From Planctomycetota bacterium (GTDB lineage Bacteria; Planctomycetota; SZUA-567; H5-PLA8): 64,000 nucleotides of DNA. The translations under genes were made by a program, and so were the position numbers. Location: the NCBI GenBank assembly GCA_045863855.1, contig BTVV01000001.1, positions 96,800 through 160,799 on the forward strand, written 5' to 3'. Positions 1 to 8,610 of this stretch are shown piece after piece (positions within the stretch are counted from its first letter, which is position 1; every line of letters begins with the position of its first letter). The notes beneath the pieces were generated by a model, which saw nothing but the letters and a program-made list of their open reading frames with translations, made no database searches and was not told where the DNA came from.

Positions 1-1293
1 GCGCCTGTTCCTGCTCCCGAACCCGTCTTGGATCCGCCGCCGCCCGCCCCCGCGCCTGCGCCGCCCGCGGTTGTCGATCCGAACACGTTGATCGGCACGG
101 CGCCCAAGCGCCCCGATCCGATAGCGCCCGCTCCGGTCGCGGAAGCGCCGCCGCCCGATCCGGCGCCCGAGCGCTTGATGGAGCACCGCAAGGCCATTCT
201 GGCGCGCGCGAAAGCGGGCGACCTCTCCGCGGTCGCGGCGATGGTCGAGCACCTGATGTGGGACGAGATGGGCACGTTCACGCAGGCCGAAATCCAGGCG
301 CTGCTGCCGTGGGGCCGGTCGACGGACCGAATCGGTTCGATGACCGCGCCGCAGCTTTACGCGATCCTGGCGGCGAACTGGGTCGTGCGTCAGCCGGAGT
401 ATCCTCCGGATAAGCTGAAGGAACTGCTGAGCGCGACGCGCCAGGCGCTGGCCGCGCATCCCATGGACCATCCGATCCTGCTGAGCGAAGCGGGCTGGCT
501 CTTCGGCGCGGCCGATCCGCCGGATCAGGAACGCAAAGAGCAGTGCATCCGCAAAGCGCTGGAGCTGCTGGAAGCCGAGCCGCTCGAGACGTTCACGCCC
601 TGGCAGCAAGCCGCGCGCGTCTACCAGCACGGCGTCTGTTTGTGTCCCGAGTACAACGCGATGGGCGACTGGTCGCGCGCGACGCGCTGGTTCGCCGACG
701 CCGCGCTGCGGGCCGGGAAAGTGGGCGACAGCGCTCTGCAAGGGCTGGCCTTGTACAACCACGCGCGCAGCCTGCAGCCCGACGTGAATCCGACGGGCGA
801 TTGGGGCCAGGCGATGGCGTTGTACGTCAAGTCGGCGCGCGCGTACGAATCCGCCGGAGATCCGGTTGCGCAAGCCTCCAGCCTGCGCCAGTACGCCTGG
901 TGCCTGCAGCCCGACCATAACCCCGGCGGCGACTGGTCGCGCGCGGCCGAGATTTACGCGGCCGCCGCGGCTTTGTACGAGAAGCTCAACCGGCCGGTGG
1001 ACCACGCGCTTTCGCTAAGCGACCAGGGCTACTGCCTGAGCCCGCAGCGCAATCCGCGCGGTAACTGGGAGCAGACGGCGAAGCTGTATACGCAGGCGGT
1101 GAGCCTCTACAGTTCGCGCGGGCGCAAGCTCGACATGGCCATCTGCCTGCACGAACAGGCGTACCATCTGGTCAAAGGGCAGAGCGAGAATCTGACGCCG
1201 GCGATTCAGGAACTTTTCAGGCGTTCGGCGGTGCTGCGCCGCGAAGCGGGCGACGAGGAAGGCGCCAAGGTCAGCGAGACCTGGCTGAAGTAG
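1..1293 (+). CDS. TPR-like repeat protein with Pro-rich linker (5'-partial)
   Basis: Frame is open from base 1 (APVPAPEPVLDPP...). Four tandem 44-aa helical repeats of the form LxPxxNxxG[DN]WxxA. Confidence 0.8.
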   Translation, partial: APVPAPEPVLDPPPPAPAPAPPAVVDPNTLIGTAPKRPDPIAPAPVAEAPPPDPAPERLMEHRKAILARAKAGDLSAVAAMVEHLMWDEMGTFTQAEIQALLPWGRSTDRIGSMTAPQLYAILAANWVVRQPEYPPDKLKELLSATRQALAAHPMDHPILLSEAGWLFGAADPPDQERKEQCIRKALELLEAEPLETFTPWQQAARVYQHGVCLCPEYNAMGDWSRATRWFADAALRAGKVGDSALQGLALYNHARSLQPDVNPTGDWGQAMALYVKSARAYESAGDPVAQASSLRQYAWCLQPDHNPGGDWSRAAEIYAAAAALYEKLNRPVDHALSLSDQGYCLSPQRNPRGNWEQTAKLYTQAVSLYSSRGRKLDMAICLHEQAYHLVKGQSENLTPAIQELFRRSAVLRREAGDEEGAKVSETWLK

Positions 1294-1392
1294 GCGCGTG
1301 GAGTTCGTTCGCGCGCACGCCGCGCGCCGGCATCGTCTATCCGTCCGCGCCAGTCCCAAGCCCGGCGAGGCCAGTCAGCGGCTACGCCGCGG

Positions 1393-1713
1393 CTATGAGG
1401 CCGCGGGGACGCAGATGTCCAGTTCCGGCTCGTGCCGAACCCACAGCCGCGAACCGTCCTCCAAGGCTTCCTGGCGCATGAAGCGGACCGGCAGATGCGC
1501 CGGACCCCTCACGTACAGAAAACGCTGCACCCGCTCGAAGCCCAGGACCGCCGCCCGCTCTTCGCTGACGACCTCCTGATCCTCGTTGAGCAGAAGCCTC
1601 GCAGGGCGTTGCGGCTCGTCCACGAAGCTGACGAGGCGCGTAACGTATGTCGCAGATTGGACCACGATGTCGCCCTCCCCCAGTTCCCCCGCCTTAAACA
1701 TACGCAATTGCAT
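1393..1713 (-). CDS. Hypothetical protein, 106 aa
   Basis: ATG preceded by a GAGGTG Shine-Dalgarno; protein-like composition; no recognised domain. Confidence 0.6.
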   Translation of the reverse strand: MQLRMFKAGELGEGDIVVQSATYVTRLVSFVDEPQRPARLLLNEDQEVVSEERAAVLGFERVQRFLYVRGPAHLPVRFMRQEALEDGSRLWVRHEPELDICVPAAS

Positions 1714-1996
1714 GGCCGAATTTCACCTCTCAAGAGTAAAGACGATGAAGAAATGCCACAATTCTCCAAGAATTCGCTCAAGTCCGGACTTGCACGCGTG
1801 AAAGCGCGCCTAGGCGCTGGAATTGATGCGTCAAAAAGTGTGATAAATTCGGACTGGAGGGTCAAATCGCGGTCGAGCGAACGCTCGATCGTTCAACACT
1901 GTGCAATTTTCGTCACATAGCAACGGGTTAATTCCGGAGGTCTGGACGTTTTTGGGTAAACGGAAGGCGCTCGAATGGAACGCGCCGGCGCGCGAT

Positions 1997-2839
1997 TCAG
2001 GGCTCGGTGGTCCAGTCGAGTTCGGTCTTCAGCTCGGTCTGCACAGCGTCGCCGCGCAGCGAACCGGTGACGGGCGCGGCGCCGCTGGGATAGCGCGCGG
2101 CGGCCAACGGCACGTGGCGGTCGGCGACGGCGAGTCCGCCGGTGGGATCGAAGCCGCGCCAGCCTCCGCCCGGCAGGAAGACCTCGGCCCAGGCGTGCAG
2201 GTAATACGGCCCCGGTTCGGGCACGGGGTGATACCCGCTGACGAAGCGGGCGGCGAGTCCCAGCGCGCGGCAGGCGTCGACGAAGAGCACCGCCTGATCG
2301 CGGCAGGAACCGGAGCCGCGTGCGAGGCATTCTTCGGGGGTGAACGGATAGCCGCTCTCGCGCAATTCGTAGCGCACGGTTCGGCGCAGGCGTTCGGCGA
2401 GGGCGGTGAGGAAGGGGATCGTCCGGTCATCGACGCCGGCGGCGATATCGCGCGCGAGGCGCTGTACGGCGTCGCTGCCTCCGGTGCGCAGTCGGTAGGG
2501 GGCGAGCAACGCCGATTGCGGGCCGCGGGAGGCGTCGAAGATGCGTTCGGCGTTCGCATCCAGCACGAAGTCGAAGGAATTGACGCGGAGGGTTTGCACC
2601 GACAACTTCGCTTCGATGCGCAGTTCCTCGACCGGTTCGTGAAACCAAACCCGCGTGACGTGGTTGCCTTCCTCGTCGAGCATCTCGGTGCGCATGCCGG
2701 GGGCGGGGGTGACGAGGAGTTCGTGGGCGAGGCAGCGGTGCGCGCCGTCGAGTCGCGGATTCAGGCGCAAATCGTGCGGCTCCAGCGCCACCGGCGCGGA
2801 GAAGGTGTAGTGCGTCAGATGCCGGATCTTAAAACGCAT
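1997..2839 (-). CDS. Transglutaminase-like family protein
   Basis: N-terminal IRHLTHYTF; catalytic triad motifs GSCRD (Cys), HAWAEV (His), FDPT (Asp). Confidence 0.93.
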   Translation of the reverse strand: MRFKIRHLTHYTFSAPVALEPHDLRLNPRLDGAHRCLAHELLVTPAPGMRTEMLDEEGNHVTRVWFHEPVEELRIEAKLSVQTLRVNSFDFVLDANAERIFDASRGPQSALLAPYRLRTGGSDAVQRLARDIAAGVDDRTIPFLTALAERLRRTVRYELRESGYPFTPEECLARGSGSCRDQAVLFVDACRALGLAARFVSGYHPVPEPGPYYLHAWAEVFLPGGGWRGFDPTGGLAVADRHVPLAAARYPSGAAPVTGSLRGDAVQTELKTELDWTTEP

Positions 2840-2843
2840 CTCG

Positions 2844-3581
2844 TCAGCTATCCGGCTTGCCTTCGGCGAGTCCGCGCAGCGCCGTATCCATCCAATCGCT
2901 GGGTAGTTTCTGGACCAATTCGCGCAAGCGATCCTGCCACCACGTATTGACGTCGCGCAAGTCGTGGCGCTCGTAGCGGTGTTCGTGCAGGACGCCGTTG
3001 GCGTAGAGGATCACGTCGAGCGGGAAATCCACGTCGGAGGCGCTGATGCGCGTGCTGTCGAAGGCCAGGCAGCCCACCTTCAGCGCGAGGCGCAGCGAAT
3101 CCTCGAAGCGCAGCGTACGGTCGAGCACGGGCTTGCCGTACCCGGTCGCGCCGATGATCGCATAAGGCGTTCCCGGCCCGATCTCGACCCAGTTGCCTTG
3201 CGGATAGACGAGGTAAAGCTTCGGTTCTTTATCTTGCGGGAACTGCCCGCCGATGAGGGCGGAGATGCTGAAGCTGAGCCCGCTTTCCTCCAGCGCGTGC
3301 TTGTCCTCGGCGGCGACGCGGCGGAGCTGTTCGGCGAAGGCGTTGACGGCCTTGAACGTGCGCGCAAAGGGTTCGGGCCGGTCTTCCATCAGTTCGGCGA
3401 AGTAGGTGAGCGTTTTGTCTCGCACCGAGCGCAGGCCGGAGGTCATCACGAACAACGAATAGCCTTCGCCGCGGTAAGTGGCGATCTTCCGCGCGGTCAG
3501 GCACTCGTTGCCGCTGATGATGCGCGTATCCGCCAGCCCCACGAGGCCTTCGCGAACGCGCATGCCGAGGCAGAACGTCAT
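2844..3581 (-). CDS. anbu: Anbu-like proteasome-type Ntn protease
   Basis: MTFCLG...LADTR start gives Thr1 and Asp17 with Lys31; LYLVYPQGNWVE and IGATGYGKPVLDR motifs; operon context; ATGA overlap with the alpha-E gene. Confidence 0.88.
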   Translation of the reverse strand: MTFCLGMRVREGLVGLADTRIISGNECLTARKIATYRGEGYSLFVMTSGLRSVRDKTLTYFAELMEDRPEPFARTFKAVNAFAEQLRRVAAEDKHALEESGLSFSISALIGGQFPQDKEPKLYLVYPQGNWVEIGPGTPYAIIGATGYGKPVLDRTLRFEDSLRLALKVGCLAFDSTRISASDVDFPLDVILYANGVLHEHRYERHDLRDVNTWWQDRLRELVQKLPSDWMDTALRGLAEGKPDS

Positions 3582-4570
3582 TGCTGGTAAGCTCCCTGGG
3601 ACGGACCGGGCAACGCGGGCACGAAGGTCCGGGCGGTGAAGAAGGTATCGTAGATGCCTTCGCCCACCAGATTAAGCCTTTTTTGCAGATCGTCGATGAA
3701 TTCGTGAAGCCCCTGGTCCACGATTTCCTCGACGCGCCGGAAGGCCAGATCGGAGCGGAGCTGTCCGAGGCGCTGCTCGGCGGTGTTGCAGAACGCGTTG
3801 GGCGGGGAGCCGGAGATGGCGTGCAGGGAGGCTTCGGCCTCGCCGAGGCAGAAAAAGACCGAGCGCGGGAACGAACGGTCGAGCAGCAGGTACTCGACAA
3901 CGCGCGCCGGCACGATGGCGTGGTGCTGCATGCGGAACATCTGCAGCGCGCTGGCCGAGCGGAGCACCGCGGCCCATTGCAGGTCGTCGGCCGGCGTGCC
4001 GACGTACTGCGGCGACGGGAGCAGCAGGTAGTACTTCACGTCCAGGATGCGCGAGGTTTTGTCGGCGCGTTCGAGCATGCGGCCGGTATGGATGAAATGC
4101 CAGCCTTCGCCGCGCGCGACGGTGGCGTCGAGGATGCCGGCGAGCTTGTGGCAATCGAGCATCACGTCGCGGTACAGGTCGTAGGAGAGTTCGCGGGGCG
4201 TTGCGGCGCTTTCGGAACTGCGGCGCAGGTTGAGGTACAGCTTGTTCAATTCTTCCCAGAATTCGCTGGATAAATTGCCGCGCACGCTGCGCGCGTTGTC
4301 GCGGGCCTGGCTGAGGCAGGAAAGGATCGAATTGGGATTCTGTTCGTCGAACGTCAGGAAGAACTGGACATGCGCCTGCGTGGGACCGGGGTAGCGTTCC
4401 TTGAAGGCCGCTTCGTCGCCGGTGGTGATGACGAGCGGTTCCCACTGCGGGCGTTCGGTGGGCAAGTCGAGCGTGAGGCTGTGATTGACCTGGATGAAGC
4501 GCGCGACATTCTCGGCGCGCTCCACCAGCCGGCTCATCCAGTACAACGCGTACGCGACGCGGCTCAGCAC
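3578..4570 (-). CDS. Alpha-E domain protein (DUF403-like)
   Basis: GTG start 2 nt after the upstream stop; LSRVAYALYWMSRLVERAEN and GRMLERADKTSRILDVKY (two ER motifs). Confidence 0.93.
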   Translation of the reverse strand: MLSRVAYALYWMSRLVERAENVARFIQVNHSLTLDLPTERPQWEPLVITTGDEAAFKERYPGPTQAHVQFFLTFDEQNPNSILSCLSQARDNARSVRGNLSSEFWEELNKLYLNLRRSSESAATPRELSYDLYRDVMLDCHKLAGILDATVARGEGWHFIHTGRMLERADKTSRILDVKYYLLLPSPQYVGTPADDLQWAAVLRSASALQMFRMQHHAIVPARVVEYLLLDRSFPRSVFFCLGEAEASLHAISGSPPNAFCNTAEQRLGQLRSDLAFRRVEEIVDQGLHEFIDDLQKRLNLVGEGIYDTFFTARTFVPALPGPSQGAYQQ

Positions 4571-4572
4571 GG

Positions 4573-6018
4573 CTACGCTTCCCCTTCTTGGGCCAGCACC
4601 CAGGTGTCCTTGCTGCCGCCGCCTTGCGAGCTGTTGACGACGAGGCTGCCGCGCTTCAAGGCGACCCGCGTCAGCCCGCCGGGCAGGACGTACGTCTCGC
4701 GTCCCTGCAGGATGAACGGACGCAGATCGACGTGCCGTCCTTCCAGGCGCCCGTCGACCAGCGCGGGCACGCGGGAAAGCGCCAGCGTGGGCTGCGCGAT
4801 GTAGTTGCGGGGCGAAGCTTCGATGCGCCGCGCGAACTCCTCGCGTTCGGACGCGCTGGCATGCGGCCCGATCAGCATCCCGTATCCGCCCGATTCGTTC
4901 GCCGTCTTGACCACCAGCTTGTCGAGGTTCTCCAGCACGTGCCGGCGCTGCTTTTCGATCCAGCAGAGGTACGTGGGCACGTTCGGCAGCAGCGGTTCTT
5001 CGGCCAGGTAGTAGCGGATCATGTCGGGCACGTAGGCGTAGACGACCTTGTCGTCGGCGACGCCCGTGCCCGGCGCGTTGGCCAGCGCGACGCGTCCGGC
5101 CAGGTACACTTCCATCAAGCCGGGCAGCCCCAGCACCGAATCCTTGCGGAAGCAGCGCGGATCGAGGAAATCGTCGTCGATGCGGCGGTAGATCACGTCC
5201 ACGCGCGAGAAGCCGCGGGTCGTGCGCATCCATACGCGCCCCTCGGCGATCACCAGATCCTGCCCTTCGACGAGTTCGACGCCCATCTGCTGCGCCAGGA
5301 ACGCGTGCTCGAAGTACGCGCTGTTCATCAGGCCCGGCGAGAGCACGACGACGACCGGCGAAGGGATGCCGTCGGGCGCCAGGTAGCGCAGCGATTCGAG
5401 CAGCCGCGCGGGGTAGTCGATGACGGGCCGCACGCGCGAGGCCGTGAAGACCTCGGGGAAGGTGCGCTTCATCACTTCGCGGTTTTCGAGCACGTACGAA
5501 ACGCCCGAGGGACAGCGCAGGTTGTCTTCCAGGACATACATCGTGCCGTCCGAGTCGCGGACCAGATCGGTCCCGGTGACGTGGTTCCAGATACCGCGCG
5601 GCGGATTGAGCCCCATGCACTGCGGCCGGAAACTTGCCGCGCTGGAGATCACGTCGCCGGGCACCACGCCGTCCTTGACGATGCGCTGCTCGTGGTAGAC
5701 GTCGTTGAGGAACAGGTTGAGCGCCTGGATGCGCTGCTGCAGGCCGCGCTCGAGCTTGGCCCATTCGAGCGCGTCCACGATGCGCGGAATCAGATCGAAC
5801 GGAAAGATGCGCTCGGTGCCCGAAGCGTCGCCGTAGACGCGAAAGGTGATGCCCATTTGGAGGAGGGTGCGCTCGGCGGCGGCCTGGCGGCGGCGGAGCT
5901 CGTCGAGGCCGATGGTTGCTATCTTTTGAGCAAGCAGCTCGGAACCGGCCCGCGGCTGCAGGCCGGCCTGGAACATCTCGTCGAAAAACGAGCCGACCTC
6001 GTACCCCGGAAACGACAT
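4573..6018 (-). CDS. Circularly permuted type 2 ATP-grasp protein
   Basis: [38 protein letters not shown] and [12 protein letters not shown] motifs; ATG at 6018. Confidence 0.95.
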   Translation of the reverse strand: MSFPGYEVGSFFDEMFQAGLQPRAGSELLAQKIATIGLDELRRRQAAAERTLLQMGITFRVYGDASGTERIFPFDLIPRIVDALEWAKLERGLQQRIQALNLFLNDVYHEQRIVKDGVVPGDVISSAASFRPQCMGLNPPRGIWNHVTGTDLVRDSDGTMYVLEDNLRCPSGVSYVLENREVMKRTFPEVFTASRVRPVIDYPARLLESLRYLAPDGIPSPVVVVLSPGLMNSAYFEHAFLAQQMGVELVEGQDLVIAEGRVWMRTTRGFSRVDVIYRRIDDDFLDPRCFRKDSVLGLPGLMEVYLAGRVALANAPGTGVADDKVVYAYVPDMIRYYLAEEPLLPNVPTYLCWIEKQRRHVLENLDKLVVKTANESGGYGMLIGPHASASEREEFARRIEASPRNYIAQPTLALSRVPALVDGRLEGRHVDLRPFILQGRETYVLPGGLTRVALKRGSLVVNSSQGGGSKDTWVLAQEGEA

Positions 6019-6120
6019 AAGCTGCACCCCAAGCTGGTTCAGCGACCGTGCTTGGGCGAATCGCAACCCCCCGGCGCGCCTCGCGCGGCCGGCGGCAGCG
6101 ACTCCCCCCTAAGCTATGGT

Positions 6121-6137
6121 ATGCAAAGAGTGTGCCC
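6121..6137 (-). promoter_or_regulatory. Sigma-54 (-24/-12) promoter of the ATP-grasp/Anbu operon
   Basis: Minus strand GGGCAC-ACTCT-TTGCAT vs consensus TGGCAC-N5-TTGCW; exact GG-N10-GC spacing; about 100 nt upstream of the ATG. Confidence 0.75.
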
Positions 6138-6166
6138 ATACCAGCCGGGTATACGGAGGCAGCGCT

Positions 6167-6475
6167 TCAGCGGCAGACGCGGGAGTAGCTCGAAGCGGGG
6201 CGGGGCAGCCCGCGCATCGCGCCGCGCGTGGGGTTCAAGCGCACCGAGCCTTGCGGCATACGTTCGGCGGGCGCGACGCCGCGGCGCAGCAGCGCCCAGC
6301 AGACCACGACGATCCACGCCGCGATCACGCCGCCGTACAAGAGCGCGAGCGGCAGCCAACTCGTCCAGGCGTTCGGTTCGAGACCCGCCGTGCCCGGCAC
6401 CTCGCCGGCCATGTCGTTCGATGCGGCCAGCAGCGCAGCCGCCGCGAAGATCGATAGCTTCTTGAATGCGTACAT
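6167..6475 (-). CDS. Small membrane protein (signal-like N-terminus, one TM helix, basic tail)
   Basis: ATG after AAGGGTGGT; MYAFKKLSIFAAAALLAA and WLPLALLYGGVIAAWIVVVCWALLRR. Confidence 0.6.
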   Translation of the reverse strand: MYAFKKLSIFAAAALLAASNDMAGEVPGTAGLEPNAWTSWLPLALLYGGVIAAWIVVVCWALLRRGVAPAERMPQGSVRLNPTRGAMRGLPRPASSYSRVCR

Positions 6476-6560
6476 CGCAGCACCACCCTTCTGCTTTCTA
6501 GACGGGTGGGGCGGCACGTACTTCAGGAGTGCACCGGTTGAAACGGGTGCGCGGCTTAGC

Positions 6561-6721
6561 GCCACTCACAAAACCATCGTCGGTCGTCTGCTTGCGGCGG
6601 TGCTTCGCGGGACGGCATCAGGCTCAGGCGCCGGATGCTCGTCCCGATCCGGCTTCTTCGCCTTCTTGGTCCCGCTTGACCGGCGCGGCGCAGCCGCCTC
6701 GACGCTGTTTTTGTGAGCGGC
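6561..6721. mobile_element. MITE-like element B (about 161 bp)
   Basis: 22-bp terminal inverted repeats (6561-6582 / 6700-6721, 19/22 match); internal hairpin GGGACGGCATC...GATGCTCGTCCC; abuts the ATPase stop codon. Confidence 0.55.
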
Positions 6722-8239
6722 TTACTTCCGGCGTCCGCGTTCGCGGGGCGGGGAGGGCGGGCCGCCTTCGTCCATGCCTTCGAACATGCTCCCCAGCATG
6801 TCGCGGTAGCGCCCCAGTCCTTCGGTCTCGTCCTTAGCCAGCAGCCGCGACTGGTGCAGCCCTTCAAGGACGAACTCCAGCGCCGCCGGCAGTTCGACGC
6901 GCTCGTCGCCGATGGGTACGTGCTCCCGCGCCAGCGCTTCGAGGCCGTCGACGGACTTCAGCTTGGCCAGCGCCTCGGCGGTGGGCGCGCGGTCGGTCAG
7001 TTCGACGGCGTTGCCCTTGGCGAACCAGTTGATGACGGCCTTGTACGGCCCGAAGCTGGCGTCGTCCTTGTTCTGGCCGTAGGCGTCGGGCAGGTAGCGG
7101 TCGAAGACGTTCTTGAGCCCGCGGCCGACCAGATGCCGCGCGACGTTGGCCGCGCCTTCCTGCTCGCCTTCGTAAACCAGTTCGACCTTGCCCGTCACGG
7201 CGCTGATCGCCGGCTGGAAGTCGACGGGGCGCGCGCAGACGGACGTCTCGCCGTTGAGCAGCGCGCGGCGTTCGGCGTTGGAGATCACGTTCTCGAGCAG
7301 CGTGATCGGCAGCCGCGCGCTTACCCCGCTGCTCTGGTCGAGGAACTCGCTCTTGCGCGCCGCGAACGCGACTTCCTCGACGACTTCCTTCAGGTACGGC
7401 GGGACGAAGACGCGCACGTCGCCGCCGCGGGCGACCCACGCTTCCTGCGCGGTGATGGCGAGCGATTCCTCGAGCTTCGACGGGTAGTGCGTCAGGATCT
7501 GGCTGTCGATGCGGTCCTTCAGCGGCGTGATGATGCTGCCGCGGTTCGTGTAGTCCTCGGGGTTGGCCGTGTAGATCATCAGCACGTCCATCGGCAGGCG
7601 CACGGGGAAGCCGCGGATCTGGATGTCGCGTTCCTGCATGATGTTCAACAGGCCGACCTGGATGCGGCTGGGCAGGTCGGGGAGTTCGTTGATGCAGAAG
7701 ATGCCGCGGTTGGTGCGCGGGATGATGCCGTAGTGGATCACGTCCTCGCTGGCGTAATCGAGGCGCTTGGTGGCGGCCTTGATCGGATCGATGTCGCCGA
7801 TCAGGTCGGCGATGGTGACGTCGGGCGTGGCGAGCTTCTCGCGGTAGCGTTCGGCGCGGGTGAGCCAGTGGATCTCGGCGGCGTCGCTGTAGGCGGCCAG
7901 ATGCGCGCGCGCGCCGGTGGTGACGGGCGCGAGCGGGTCTTCGTTGAGCGGGAAGCCGGCGAGGACGGGGATCTCGGGGTCGAGCAGATCGGTGAGCTGC
8001 CGCGCGAGGCGCGTCTTGGCCTGCCCGCGCAGGCCCAGCAGGATGAAATCGTGATGCGAGAGGATCGCGTTAATGACCTGCGGGATGACCGTTTTCTCGT
8101 AGCCGACGATGCCGGGAAAGAGCGGCTCGCCGGATTTGAGCTTGGCGACGAGGTTGCGGCGCAGTTCGTCCTTGATCGAACAAGGCTTGTACCCGCTGCG
8201 CTTCAGTTCGCCGACGGTGGTGGGCTTGGGGACTCCCAT
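6722..8239 (-). CDS. AAA+ ATPase, Mg-chelatase/MoxR-related
   Basis: Walker A GLRGQAKT, Walker B IFCINE, TANPEDYTNRG and PLKDRI; ATG at 8239 after AAAGGA. Confidence 0.9.
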   Translation of the reverse strand: MGVPKPTTVGELKRSGYKPCSIKDELRRNLVAKLKSGEPLFPGIVGYEKTVIPQVINAILSHHDFILLGLRGQAKTRLARQLTDLLDPEIPVLAGFPLNEDPLAPVTTGARAHLAAYSDAAEIHWLTRAERYREKLATPDVTIADLIGDIDPIKAATKRLDYASEDVIHYGIIPRTNRGIFCINELPDLPSRIQVGLLNIMQERDIQIRGFPVRLPMDVLMIYTANPEDYTNRGSIITPLKDRIDSQILTHYPSKLEESLAITAQEAWVARGGDVRVFVPPYLKEVVEEVAFAARKSEFLDQSSGVSARLPITLLENVISNAERRALLNGETSVCARPVDFQPAISAVTGKVELVYEGEQEGAANVARHLVGRGLKNVFDRYLPDAYGQNKDDASFGPYKAVINWFAKGNAVELTDRAPTAEALAKLKSVDGLEALAREHVPIGDERVELPAALEFVLEGLHQSRLLAKDETEGLGRYRDMLGSMFEGMDEGGPPSPPRERGRRK

Positions 8240-8268
8240 GCGCGTCCTTTCGGTGCGGGCCCGGCCTA

Positions 8269-8541
8269 GCAGCCCGTTGAAAAAGGGTGCTGACCGCGTT
8301 GCGAGGAGCGTTTGAACTGGGCAAGGCGTCGCGCAGGGAGCCGCATCGAGACGATGCGGCGAGCGAAGCGCAACGACGCCCAGTTCAAATGCTCCCGCAA
8401 CCCTTCGGGCAGCCTCGTCTTGTGGCCCGGCTCCGCGTTGCGCTTCGGTCGTCGCATCTGCCTGATGCGCCTCCCTTCGCGCGCCTTGATCCGGACCACA
8501 AATCCAAGGCTGCGCGGTCGTACCCATTTTCAACGGGCTGC
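8269..8541. mobile_element. MITE A (273 bp) with TA flanks
   Basis: TIR GCAGCCCGTTGAAAA[A/T]GGGT (19/20 match); TA on both sides (8267-68 and 8542-43); two long internal hairpins; no transposase. Confidence 0.85.
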
Positions 8542-8610
8542 TAAACGCCGGGACGGCCGTGTATGTATGTACCGAGTGGGGCGGGGGATTCAAACGACGG
8601 CGGGATTCGC

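Noticed and set aside
4571..6139. N-terminal extension of the 853-aa ORF as an alpha-E fusion
   Set aside because: It is an alternative frame over the ATP-grasp gene; alpha-E starts at GTG 4570.
6530..6551. TGCACC...GGTGCG as an NtrC site
   Set aside because: Spacer too long for the 17-bp NtrC consensus and about 400 bp from the promoter.
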